Below the pieces are notes generated by a model that saw nothing but the letters and a program-made list of their open reading frames with translations, made no database searches and had not been told where the DNA came from. This document shows, one piece after another, positions 10,460 through 19,439 of a stretch of 64,000 nucleotides of DNA. Within the stretch, counting starts at the first letter, position 1; each line of letters opens with the position of its first letter. Position numbers and translations under genes: made by a program. The DNA comes from Terriglobia bacterium (GTDB lineage: Bacteria > Acidobacteriota > Terriglobia > 20CM-2-55-15), in the NCBI GenBank assembly GCA_963664115.2, contig CAXWPJ010000005.1:192001-256000 (forward strand), written 5' to 3'.

Positions 10460-10693
10460 ATTCTGCGAACCGTTCCACATTGTTTAGCGGCACTGATATT
10501 TCGATAGCTTCCGTGTACATTAATTAATATTCTCTATGAAGCTTTTATCCGCCACGCCTGATGAGCAAACGGAGGCGTGGACGAACTTCTGTCGAGTAAG
10601 CCACGACGAGAGATCCGAGGACGCGGAGGCCTGCCTGAAGCATCGAAGCAATGGCATGCCCATACCCGCAAACACCCTATGGGGGATTTCCAG

Positions 10694-11161
10694 ATGTCCA
10701 TTTCAAGACGGTCACTTTTAAAGCGAGGTCTCGCTGTCGGAGCGCTCCTGGGTCTGCGGCTTCAGACTGCTCTGTCACAAGAACCCAAGCCGGTCATTGC
10801 CGTCTTCAAGTCGCCTAGCTGAGGTTGTTGTGGTGCGTGGGTCACGCATCTGACGAACTATGGTTTTCCAGTGCGAGTTCAGGATGTGGCAAACCTTCAA
10901 ACCATAAAGGAACGCAACGGTGTGACTCCTGTACTGGCAGGATGCCACACGGCGTTTGTTGAAGGTTATGTCATTGAAGGACATGTACCAGCCGACGTGA
11001 TCGACCGTCTACTAAGTGAGCGTCCGCAAATTGCAGGCCTTGCGGTGCCTGGCATGCCCGTGGGCTCACCCGGCATGGAAGTCCCTGGCCGACCAGCGGT
11101 GCCCTATGATGTGATCGCTTTCGATGTGAGTGGGAGGACGCGTGTCTTTGCCACTCGATAA
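10694..11161 (+). CDS. DUF411 (CopG-like) metal-binding protein with an in-frame UGA at 10820 (candidate Sec, or pseudogene)
   Basis: Tat motif SRRSLLK; KSPS*GCCGAWVTH; GCHTA.VEGYVIEGHVPA; AVPGMPVGSPGME. The two ORF-track pieces are in the same frame. Confidence 0.85.
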
Positions 11162-11316
11162 CGAGGTGGTGAGCCACCCAGACACCAGGCTCGAAGCCCG
11201 ATAGGCCAGTCAGGAAACGTTGACCTGATCCAGGTTTCGATCCTGAATCGACTCGTCGCCATCTTAAGTGAACCCCTAACAGCCGGTGATCGGAAGCGGC
11301 GCCGGAGAAAGGAAAT

Positions 11317-11772
11317 GTGATGAAGCAACTATTACTGTCAGCGCTCATGCTGGGGATGCTCACAAGCATCGCGGAGTCCCGGCAGGCTGAGGGACCCTCT
11401 GCATCGGCAACCTCCTCCAATCTCATCCAACAATTTTTGATGGCCTACAACAGCCAGGACACAGCCTATTTCGACAGAACGCTGGCAAACGATGCCGTCG
11501 TTCTCGATGAGGACGGACACACGCTGACCGGCAAACCCCTGTTGATGCGCATTCTGGGCGGACGACTCTCGGCTACCCCTGCACCGCGTCTCGTTGCTTC
11601 AGACATTACAGGGTCGAATGCCGGGGACGTAGCGTGGGGCTCGCTGAACTACACTTTCGAGCAGGGTGACGAAACAAGAATGGGTTTCATGACTCTGGTC
11701 TTCCAAAGGTCCGGTAACAATTGGGAGATCGCGCACTGGCAGTTTTCCATCCATACGGTGCCTGAAGGCTAA
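11317..11772 (+). CDS. Exported NTF2/SnoaL-like (DUF4440) protein
   Basis: Signal peptide; C-terminal TLVFQR....W.I.H.QFS. Confidence 0.75.
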   Translation: MMKQLLLSALMLGMLTSIAESRQAEGPSASATSSNLIQQFLMAYNSQDTAYFDRTLANDAVVLDEDGHTLTGKPLLMRILGGRLSATPAPRLVASDITGSNAGDVAWGSLNYTFEQGDETRMGFMTLVFQRSGNNWEIAHWQFSIHTVPEG

Positions 11773-11832
11773 GCCTCGCCGGTTACACTGATGCTCACTG
11801 GAATCCGGACGATGACTGAGGTCCGGATTAAT

Positions 11833-11907
11833 TCGGCACGTCCGAACGAAACCAACATCGTCCTCAATTGGTTTGAAGAACTGAAGGAACGGGTGCCGGT
11901 TCCTTGA
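11833..11907 (+). pseudogene. Kinase C-terminal stub
   Basis: Reads SARPNETNIVLNWFEELKERVPVP*. Confidence 0.88.
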
Positions 11908-11986
11908 GGGCAAGGCTGTCGCACATTGCGAGGTCACCAAAAAGCTCGGCTAGCGCGTGCGGGGACGCTTCCGAGGGAGGTCTGTA

Positions 11987-12424
11987 ATGGGGTATTTGAG
12001 GCTCTGCGCGGCCATCGTCGGGATACTTCTGTTGTTGGGTTGTTCGAGTTCTGAGGAGGGTCGTTCCGTTAACCTGAACGCCGATCAATTGGCTGAAGGG
12101 GCGTTGGGAGAGATGCGATCGGAAGGCGAGGCATCGGCTGTGACTGTCCTGAGAATCCTGAATACGGCTGCAGTGACGTACTTTGTTAGGAACCGGCGCT
12201 ACCCAAGCGTCGAAGAATTAACCGAGGCGGGGTTGGTGAACATTGAGGATGCTGCAAATTCACAGGGACCGTATCGTTACCACATCTCTGAAACGGAGAC
12301 CGGATATGAGATAGTTGCCCGCCCGGAGGAGGAGTCTTGGGCCCACTTTTATTATGACGAGACGGGCCTCATCCGTTCCGAAATCGGGCGGCCTGCCAAT
12401 GCGGAGAGTGCTCCAGTGAATTAG
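11987..12424 (+). CDS. Hypothetical lipoprotein with a pilin-like globular domain
   Basis: GGAGG RBS; lipobox LLGC; E.SA...LR.LNTA..TY and Y.I.ARP...FY.DETG.IR. Confidence 0.6.
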   Translation: MGYLRLCAAIVGILLLLGCSSSEEGRSVNLNADQLAEGALGEMRSEGEASAVTVLRILNTAAVTYFVRNRRYPSVEELTEAGLVNIEDAANSQGPYRYHISETETGYEIVARPEEESWAHFYYDETGLIRSEIGRPANAESAPVN

Positions 12425-12475
12425 TGGGTCACGGCGTAGGCGACTCGTGACATTTTTCTGCCTAATTCGCTTTAG

Positions 12476-12570
12476 AGGTTCGAGGAACTGAAAGAATGAG
12501 TGCCAGTCCCCTAAATGAGCGTGAAAATGATTCTCAAGTCCTGACAAATCATCTTCTCGGACATTGAGAA
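12476..12570 (+). pseudogene. Kinase C-terminal stub plus downstream inverted repeat
   Basis: RFEELKE*VPVP* at 12476-12514, then TCTCAAGTCCTGACAAATCATCTTCTCGGACATTGAGAA at 12532-12570. Confidence 0.82.
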
Positions 12571-12815
12571 TTCGTTGATTCCAACCATTGCTTCCAACCC
12601 ACTCGTTCCAAAACTAGAACTGGTTGCCAGAAGCCGCCTTCTGGGGCGTTGAATTTGGATCGGTAAACGCTACAGCGTTACTGAGGAGTAATCGTTGCGA
12701 TGATGAGGCTTGAACTGTTGGGGCCTTGGATACGATTCACATTTCCGCATACGCGATTATACGGCCAGGTGACTCTTCGATTGCTATTAAACCCAACATG
12801 TAGTTTGATTTACAA

Positions 12816-12972
12816 ATGATAGAGCCGGACAGGACACCCGCACGCCACGAGATTCTTTCCATCCTCGAAAAAGGCGTCATGGGTCAGGTCTGGCGATAGC
12901 GACGCGAACATAGGACCTGAAACTGCGATCCGGACACTACCGGAAGAGCTCGTGAAAGACACCGACCGATGA
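12816..12972 (+). pseudogene. Degenerate kinase N-terminal stub
   Basis: MIEPDRTPARHEILSILEKGVMGQVWR, frameshift, DANIGPETAIRTLPEELVKDTDR*. Confidence 0.8.
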
Positions 12973-13015
12973 ACGAACCGGTCCCGATATCCTACTTTCT
13001 TTCGAGGTCATACGA

Positions 13016-14080
13016 CTGTCTCTAGACGATTTCGGCTTCTCACCGTTTTTCGCAAGAGCGCTCGGAGGCTTAGCCCCTGAGCTCGAGCCGGCACGCGTTA
13101 TCGTGTCGCGCGGGGCATTTCAGCGGGTCGTTACCGAACACGGCGAATCGGATACCTCGGTCTCGGGGACGCTGCGCCACAAAGCGTCCCCTGCCGGGCT
13201 CCCAACGATTGGCGACTGGGTCGCTGTTCGGGAGGGCCGGATCGAGAACGTCCTTCCCCGTCTCACCAAGCTGTCACGCAAAGTCTCCGGTAAACGGACG
13301 CGGGAACAGGTTGTAGCGGCGAACGTCGATACGGTTATCGTCGTGATGGGACTGGACCGGGACTTCAGCAAATCGAGACTCGAACGCTATCTGTCCACTG
13401 TGCGGGCCAGCGGGGCGAAGCCGGCGGTCGTCCTCAACAAAGTGGACGTCGAACCCGGTTTCGAAGCGCGGCGAAACGAGATCGAAACCCTCATGATGGG
13501 CGGCCCTGTCGTCGCAGCGAGTTGTCTGGAAGGTTTCGGACTCGATGAAGTTCGCGCACTGCTCCGCCCCCGACACACGGCCGTTCTGGTGGGCTCGTCT
13601 GGCGTCGGCAAATCGACGCTGATCAACTTAATGCTGGGTGAAGCCCGGCAGACGACGCGCAGCGTCGGCTCACACAACGACCGGGGACAGCACACCACGA
13701 CCCATCGGGAGCTATTCCAGATTCCAGGGGGAGCATTGCTCATTGACAGCCCGGGTATACGAGAACTCCAGCTCTGGGCAAACGATGACGGGCTCAGCCA
13801 GGACTTCGACGATATTACGCGGCTGGCGATTGCTTGCCGGTATCGTGACTGCGCCCATGACGATGAACCCGGCTGTGCCGTCACCGGAGCCATTGCGGCT
13901 GGCCGGCTCGACGCCGGACGACTCGACAGTCTCCGCACGATGCGAAAAGAACTCGAAACGCTTCGCAAGCGCAAGGATGATGCGAGGGATCGGATTGAAG
14001 AACGGAAGTGGCGAAGCACTCAACGAGAGATACGCCGATCGGGCGGCATTGAGGAACCGGATGGAGAGGAACCCGATTGA
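13016..14080 (+). CDS. rsgA: Ribosome small subunit-dependent GTPase A; start uncertain (CTG 13016 or GTG 13103)
   Basis: GDWV, AANVD, NKVD, GSSGVGKST, HTTT, DSPG and zinc finger C.Y.DC.H..EPGC. Confidence 0.92.
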   Translation: MSLDDFGFSPFFARALGGLAPELEPARVIVSRGAFQRVVTEHGESDTSVSGTLRHKASPAGLPTIGDWVAVREGRIENVLPRLTKLSRKVSGKRTREQVVAANVDTVIVVMGLDRDFSKSRLERYLSTVRASGAKPAVVLNKVDVEPGFEARRNEIETLMMGGPVVAASCLEGFGLDEVRALLRPRHTAVLVGSSGVGKSTLINLMLGEARQTTRSVGSHNDRGQHTTTHRELFQIPGGALLIDSPGIRELQLWANDDGLSQDFDDITRLAIACRYRDCAHDDEPGCAVTGAIAAGRLDAGRLDSLRTMRKELETLRKRKDDARDRIEERKWRSTQREIRRSGGIEEPDGEEPD

Positions 14081-14083
14081 CCC

Positions 14084-14148
14084 CGGCCCGGGATCAACGT
14101 GGTGCCGAACTGGATCGAACAATGGACAGAACGGTGTCGGCGGCCTGA
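14084..14148 (+). pseudogene. Degenerate kinase C-terminal stub
   Basis: RPGINVVPNWIEQWTER immediately after the rsgA stop. Confidence 0.7.
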
Positions 14149-14589
14149 AGCCAACCTGTCAAACCTGGGATGATCAATCCAACTATCTGTAACGATTTTC
14201 GAATGCCTTGTCCGCAACGCACGCGGGGGAGGACGTCATCTGCGATCCAAGAATCGACTGACATGTGGCTGCCGGACGCCCAATTTCCCTGAAACTCCCA
14301 AATAGTCCGGTGCTGGGCATCTGGGTCGATTTTAAATGCTTGGTAAGTCGCCTATACGGAAAAGTGCATTCAGAATGAGGCAGCGGATTACTCCTCCCTT
14401 GTCGCCTAGCGTTTAGGAATGGGCATTAACGACCCAAAAGTCGGCTTCGGGGAAGTCGGCGGAGACAGAGATGACGGCTCAAGTCCTGTATCTGGACTCC
14501 TCTGTCAAGTAGGCGCAGCTCTCCCGTCAGCTTTCTTCGGCAAAATGCATTCAGCAGGACTGACTAGAAGTTACGAGATGAGTAGCTAG

Positions 14590-16420
14590 TCCCTGAACAA
14601 GCGTGATTGACGAGGAAATGATAGTGCAATAAGAGCGGAAGTACCCGAAATGCCCCTCTCCGTGCGAAAAAAACCTTGGACAGATTCTTCGGAAAAGGAG
14701 GCATTTCAGATGAACGATTATACGCGCAAGAACATGAGGAACCGCAAGCGGCGAATCGAACGTCGGCTTGGGGACCGGCATTGGACGGATCAGGTAGAGC
14801 CGATGTTTTCGGCGAGCAACATTCAGTACGAGATGGGAGAGCGGACGCGGGGCACATCGGTTGGTGGTATCGGGACGATGCAACTGGTGGCGCGGCGGAC
14901 CGGGCTGATCGAAGCCATCGACAAGGGCGTGCATGTGTTGAAGCGGCACCTGCCGTATCACGAGTCGGATCACGTGCTGAACATCGCCTACAACGCCTTG
15001 AGCGGAGGAACGTGCCTGGAAGACATCGAACTGCGGCGCAACGATGCGGTGTATCTGGATGCGCTGGGAGCGCAACGGATTCCGGATCCGACGACGGCGG
15101 GAGACTTCTGCCGGAGATTCGAGGCCGACGACGTGGAGTGTCTGATGGAGGCAACCAATCAAGTCCGGCTCGGAGTCTGGCGACAGCAACCGGCGGCGTT
15201 TTTCGAAGAAGCGGTGTTGGACGCGGACGGGACACTGGCCGAAACCACGGGGGAATGCAAGCAAGGGATGGACGTGGCCTACGACGGGACGTGGGGATAT
15301 CACCCGCTGATGATCTCGCTGGCCAACACCGCCGAACCGCTGTATCTGGTCAATCGTAGCGGCAACCGGCCGTCGCATGAAGGAGCCGCGGTCCGGTTCG
15401 ACCAAGCCATCGCATTGTGCCGGCATGCGGGGTTTCGCCAGATCCTGCTGCGCGGGGACACGGACTTCAGCCAGACCCGGCATCTGGACGGATGGGACGA
15501 CCAGCAGGTGGGTTTCATATTCGGGATTGACGCGATGGCGAACCTGAAGGCCCGGGCCGATGAACTGGAGCCGCGCCAGTGGAAGCGCCTGGAACGGCCC
15601 GCGAAATACGACGTGGCGACCGAACCGCGCCAACGTCCCGACAACGTGAAGGAAGAGATCGTTCGGCAGCGCGGTTTCGACAATATCCGCTTGCAGGGTG
15701 AGGATGTGGCCGAGTTTCGGTATCGACCCGGAGCCTGCGATCGGGACTACCGTGTCGTCGTGGTGCGGAAGAATCTGTCGGTGGCCAAAGGAGAGCAGGT
15801 GTTGTTTGACGAATCCGGTACTTGGCTACATTACCAACCGTTCGGATCCGGCCGATCAGATTGTGATGCGTGCCAATCAACGGTGCAATCAGGAGAACTC
15901 ATTGAGCAGTTGAAGAACGGCGTTCAGGCGTTGCGGATGCCGGTCGGAGATCAGACCAGCAACTGGGCCTACATGGTGATCGCGTCACTGGCCTGGACAC
16001 TGAAAGCGTGGTTTGCATTGCTGCTTCCCGAAACCGGACGTTGGGGCCAAAAATATCAGGCTGAGAAGCAAACCGTGCTGCGCATGGAGTTCAAAACCTT
16101 CTTGAACGCTTTCATGCTTGTGCCGTGCCAACTCGTGCGCACCGGGCGGCGCATTCTGTTCCGGATCCTGGCCTGGAACCGGTGGTTGCCGGTCTTGTTC
16201 CGCGGGGTGGATGTGTTGCGTCGCCTCTGCGATGTTGACCCGATCATGACTTGAGCCCGGGCGATCGAGGTCCCGGTTTCTGTCAACCGTCCAACACCAG
16301 CGAGGCTGAACTGAAACAGATTCAACAGAAACTCGATACCTGGAACAGGCCATCCGGGAACGGGATTCTATGCCTCGAATTCTTCGGCGAACTGGGCCTC
16401 GGCGGACTGGTTATGCGCTT
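14590..16420 (+). mobile_element. IS1380-family copy 1, frameshifted and lacking the right end
   Basis: Near-identical to 16436-18284 but with several small indels and without the last ~9 bp. Confidence 0.9.
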
Positions 16421-16435
16421 GAGATGAGTAGCTAG

Positions 16436-18284
16436 TCCCTGAACAAGCGTGATTGACGAGGAAATGATAGTGCAATAAGAGCGGAAGTACCCGAAATGCC
16501 CCCTCTCCGTGCGAAAAAAACCTTGAACAGATTCTTCGGAAAAGGAGGCATTTCAGATGAACGATTATACGCGCAAGAACATGAGGAACCGCAAGCGGCG
16601 AATCGAACGTCGGCTTGGGGACCGGCATTGGACGGATCAGGTAGAGCCGATGTTTTCGGCGAGCAACATTCAGTACGAGATGGGAGAGCGGACGCGGGGC
16701 ACATCGGTTGGTGGTATCGGGACGATGCAACTGGTGGCGCGGCGGACCGGGCTGATCGAAGCCATCGACAAGGGCGTGCATGTGTTGAAGCGGCACCTGC
16801 CGTATCACGAGTCGGATCACGTGCTGAACATCGCCTACAACGCCTTGAGCGGAGGAACGTGCCTGGAAGACATCGAACTGCGGCGCAACGATGCGGTGTA
16901 TCTGGATGCGCTGGGAGCGCAACGGATTCCGGATCCGACGACGGCGGGAGACTTCTGCCGGAGATTCGAGGCCGACGACGTGGAGTGTCTGATGGAGGCA
17001 ACCAATCAAGTCCGGCTCGGAGTCTGGCGACAGCAACCGGCGGCGTTTTTCGAAGAAGCGGTGTTGGACGCGGACGGGACACTGGCCGAAACCACGGGGG
17101 AATGCAAGCAAGGGATGGACGTGGCCTACGACGGGACGTGGGGATATCACCCGCTGATGATCTCGCTGGCCAACACCGCCGAACCGCTGTATCTGGTCAA
17201 TCGTAGCGGCAACCGGCCGTCGCATGAAGGAGCCGCGGTCCGGTTCGACCAAGCCATCGCATTGTGCCGGCATGCGGGGTTTCGCCAGATCCTGCTGCGC
17301 GGGGACACGGACTTCAGCCAGACCCGGCATCTGGACGGATGGGACGACCAGCAGGTGGGTTTCATATTCGGGATTGACGCGATGGCGAACCTGAAGGCCC
17401 GGGCCGATGAACTGGAGCCGCGCCAGTGGAAGCGCCTGGAACGGCCCGCGAAATACGACGTGGCGACCGAACCGCGCCAACGTCCCGACAACGTGAAGGA
17501 AGAGATCGTTCGGCAGCGCGGTTTCGACAATATCCGCTTGCAGGGTGAGGATGTGGCCGAGTTTCGGTATCGACCCGGAGCCTGCGATCGGGACTACCGT
17601 GTCGTCGTGGTGCGGAAGAATCTGTCGGTGGCCAAAGGAGAGCAGGTGTTGTTTGACGACATCCGGTACTTCTTCTACATTACCAACCGTTCGGATCCGG
17701 CCGACCAGATTGTGATGCGTGCCAATCAACGGTGCAATCAGGAGAATCTCATTGAGCAGTTGAAGAACGGCGTTCAGGCGTTGCGGATGCCGGTCGGAGA
17801 TCAGACCAGCAACTGGGCCTACATGGTGATCGCGTCACTGGCCTGGACACTGAAAGCGTGGTTTGCATTGCTGCTTCCCGAAACCGGACGTTGGGGCCAA
17901 AAATATCAGGCTGAGAAGCAAACCGTGCTGCGCATGGAGTTCAAAACCTTCTTGAACGCTTTCATGCTTGTGCCGTGCCAACTCGTGCGCACCGGGCGGC
18001 GCATTCTGTTCCGGATCCTGGCCTGGAACCGGTGGTTGCCGGTCTTGTTCCGCGGGGTGGATGTGTTGCGTCAGCCTCTGCGATGTTGACCCGATCATGA
18101 CTCTGAGCCCGGGCGATCGAGGTCCCGGTTTCTGTCAACCGTCCAACACCAGCGAGGCTGAACTGAAACAGATTCAACAGAAACTCGATACCTGGAACAG
18201 GCCATCCGGGAACGGGATTCTATGCCTCGAATTCTATCGGCGCGAACTGGGCCTCGGCGGACTGGTTATGCGCTTGTTTTGGGA
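16436..18284 (+). mobile_element. IS1380-family element copy 2
   Basis: Ends CCCTGAACAAGCG and CGCTTGTTTTGGG, flanked by CTAG on both sides. Confidence 0.92.
16557..18089 (+). CDS. IS1380-family DDE transposase
   Basis: LDADGT, GYHPL, RSGN, LRGDTDF and R...EN.I..LK. Confidence 0.92.
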   Translation: MNDYTRKNMRNRKRRIERRLGDRHWTDQVEPMFSASNIQYEMGERTRGTSVGGIGTMQLVARRTGLIEAIDKGVHVLKRHLPYHESDHVLNIAYNALSGGTCLEDIELRRNDAVYLDALGAQRIPDPTTAGDFCRRFEADDVECLMEATNQVRLGVWRQQPAAFFEEAVLDADGTLAETTGECKQGMDVAYDGTWGYHPLMISLANTAEPLYLVNRSGNRPSHEGAAVRFDQAIALCRHAGFRQILLRGDTDFSQTRHLDGWDDQQVGFIFGIDAMANLKARADELEPRQWKRLERPAKYDVATEPRQRPDNVKEEIVRQRGFDNIRLQGEDVAEFRYRPGACDRDYRVVVVRKNLSVAKGEQVLFDDIRYFFYITNRSDPADQIVMRANQRCNQENLIEQLKNGVQALRMPVGDQTSNWAYMVIASLAWTLKAWFALLLPETGRWGQKYQAEKQTVLRMEFKTFLNAFMLVPCQLVRTGRRILFRILAWNRWLPVLFRGVDVLRQPLRC

Positions 18285-18591
18285 CTAGTATAGCTGTGCT
18301 TCAGGTCTCTCACAATTGGGCGCCAGACGAAAGAAGATCACGTCTGACCAATCAGTGACAGGGAGAAACGAGCTGTCCCAGCCGAACCGGTCGCGCCGGA
18401 AGGCGAAGGGAAGGGGATGCTAAACAATGCATTATCGGGTACGAAATGTCCTGCCGCAGTCCGGTTGGAGGCTAGTTTCCAGGTAAGGAACCGGGAAGCC
18501 GTCACGGACCGGCCTCAGGTCTCGGCAGATCCGGGTAAAAGCTATCGCGTGTAATCGAATGGTGAGCGATTCATTGCGATACGTGAAGAAC

Positions 18592-18705
18592 TAGCCGAGA
18601 CGCCGGAAGGCGGCATCGAACCGCCCAGTCGCGAGGCAATAACAAATGTAGCCGAGACGCCGGAAGGCGGCATCGAACCGCCCAGTCGCGAGGCAATAAC
18701 AAATG
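18592..18705. repeat. Perfect 57-bp tandem duplication
   Basis: TAGCCGAGACGCC...AATAACAAATG occurs at 18592 and 18649. Confidence 0.95.
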
Positions 18706-18817
18706 TCCCATATGGACCCCGGATAGTGAACGCATGACTTTTGCTTCAAACAGAGACGGGACGTGGGGTATTTATTGGCAACGCGCAGATGGAAGCGGTG
18801 TTGGCTAACTCCTTACG
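18692..18817 (+). pseudogene. PD40/TolB-repeat fragment of the kinase family
   Basis: GNNKCPIWTPDSERMTFASNRDGTWGIYWQRADGSGVG*LLT. Confidence 0.8.
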
Positions 18818-18935
18818 ATGCTGGACGAGATGAAAACACGACGATCTCCGGGCATGAGGCGCCGACTTCCGTCAGAAATTGTGACCCAATCAGGTTAAGT
18901 TGACCCTACCTTCCGGTAGTTCCGCGAGCAAGGAA

Positions 18936-19067
18936 TCAAGGCTTTGCGCAGCACACACATGTGCAGTGGCACCGGGATGGTTCGCCCTCACATGTGCAGG
19001 AACAACCTTCCGGTCCACAGTCGCAATTTTCGCAGCATTTGCATTGGCACTGATGTTCGGTGGGCAT
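18936..19067 (-). CDS. Metallothionein-like Cys-rich small protein (43 aa, 14 Cys)
   Basis: MPTEHQCQCKCCENCDCGPEGCSCTCEGEPSRCHCTCVCCAKP*; AAGGAGGT RBS; TATAAT at 19092-19097; downstream CTACC-GGAA-GGTAG hairpin. Confidence 0.8.
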   Translation of the reverse strand: MPTEHQCQCKCCENCDCGPEGCSCTCEGEPSRCHCTCVCCAKP

Positions 19068-19175
19068 GTCAAACCTCCTTCTTCACTCGCAATTATAGCC
19101 GACGGACTGTCCCTTTCGCAGGGAGGCGGGGCAGCGCCACGAACGACCGGCTGATGGTCGCAGACGTCGATGGCG

Positions 19176-19299
19176 CGGGTCCCGGTGCCCTGATTTGCGA
19201 TCTCAAGTCTTGAAAAATTCCCTTCTCGGACATTGAGAATCGGGCAAATTTCTGGGGATTTTCAACGTCATCAAGAAGGTCGTTTGCCAGGACCTGAGA
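19176..19299 (+). repeat. C-stub (RVPVP*) plus a complete ~99-bp imperfect palindrome at a unit junction
   Basis: TCTCAAGTCTTGAAAAA...CCTTCT..GACATTGAGAATC pairs with GATTTTCAACGTC..AGAAGG...TTTGCCAGGACCTGAGA (19201-19299). Confidence 0.85.
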
Positions 19300-19376
19300 A
19301 TTTGATAGCGCCTAAATTACTCCTCTAGTATCTTTTACCGAGAATTTAACTGTTCATTTAGCGACACACTTCGAAC

Positions 19377-19409
19377 ATGGAATCTGGCACCAAACTCGAC
19401 CATTACGAA
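19377..19409 (+). pseudogene. Short kinase N-terminal stub, in frame with the amidohydrolase
   Basis: MESGTKLDHYE after the conserved leader. Confidence 0.8.
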
Positions 19410-19439
19410 CAATCGCTCGATTTTTTAAGGAGAGGTACT

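Noticed and set aside
12969-13025. Translational coupling of the 12816 stub to rsgA through ATG 12969
   Set aside because: That ATG is out of frame with rsgA and reaches a stop after 18 codons.
14551-17729. Long antisense ORFs in IS1380, IS701 and IS1182 (also 24057, 34906, 37625 and 50858)
   Set aside because: Shadow frames of GC-rich transposase genes with no recognisable motifs.
18290-18590. Possible structured RNA or riboswitch
   Set aside because: No consensus motif could be recognised by eye; an Rfam search would be needed.
18890-19072. 60-aa ORF MTCPPN...
   Set aside because: Alternative frame; the RBS spacing fits the Cys-rich ORF starting at 19067.
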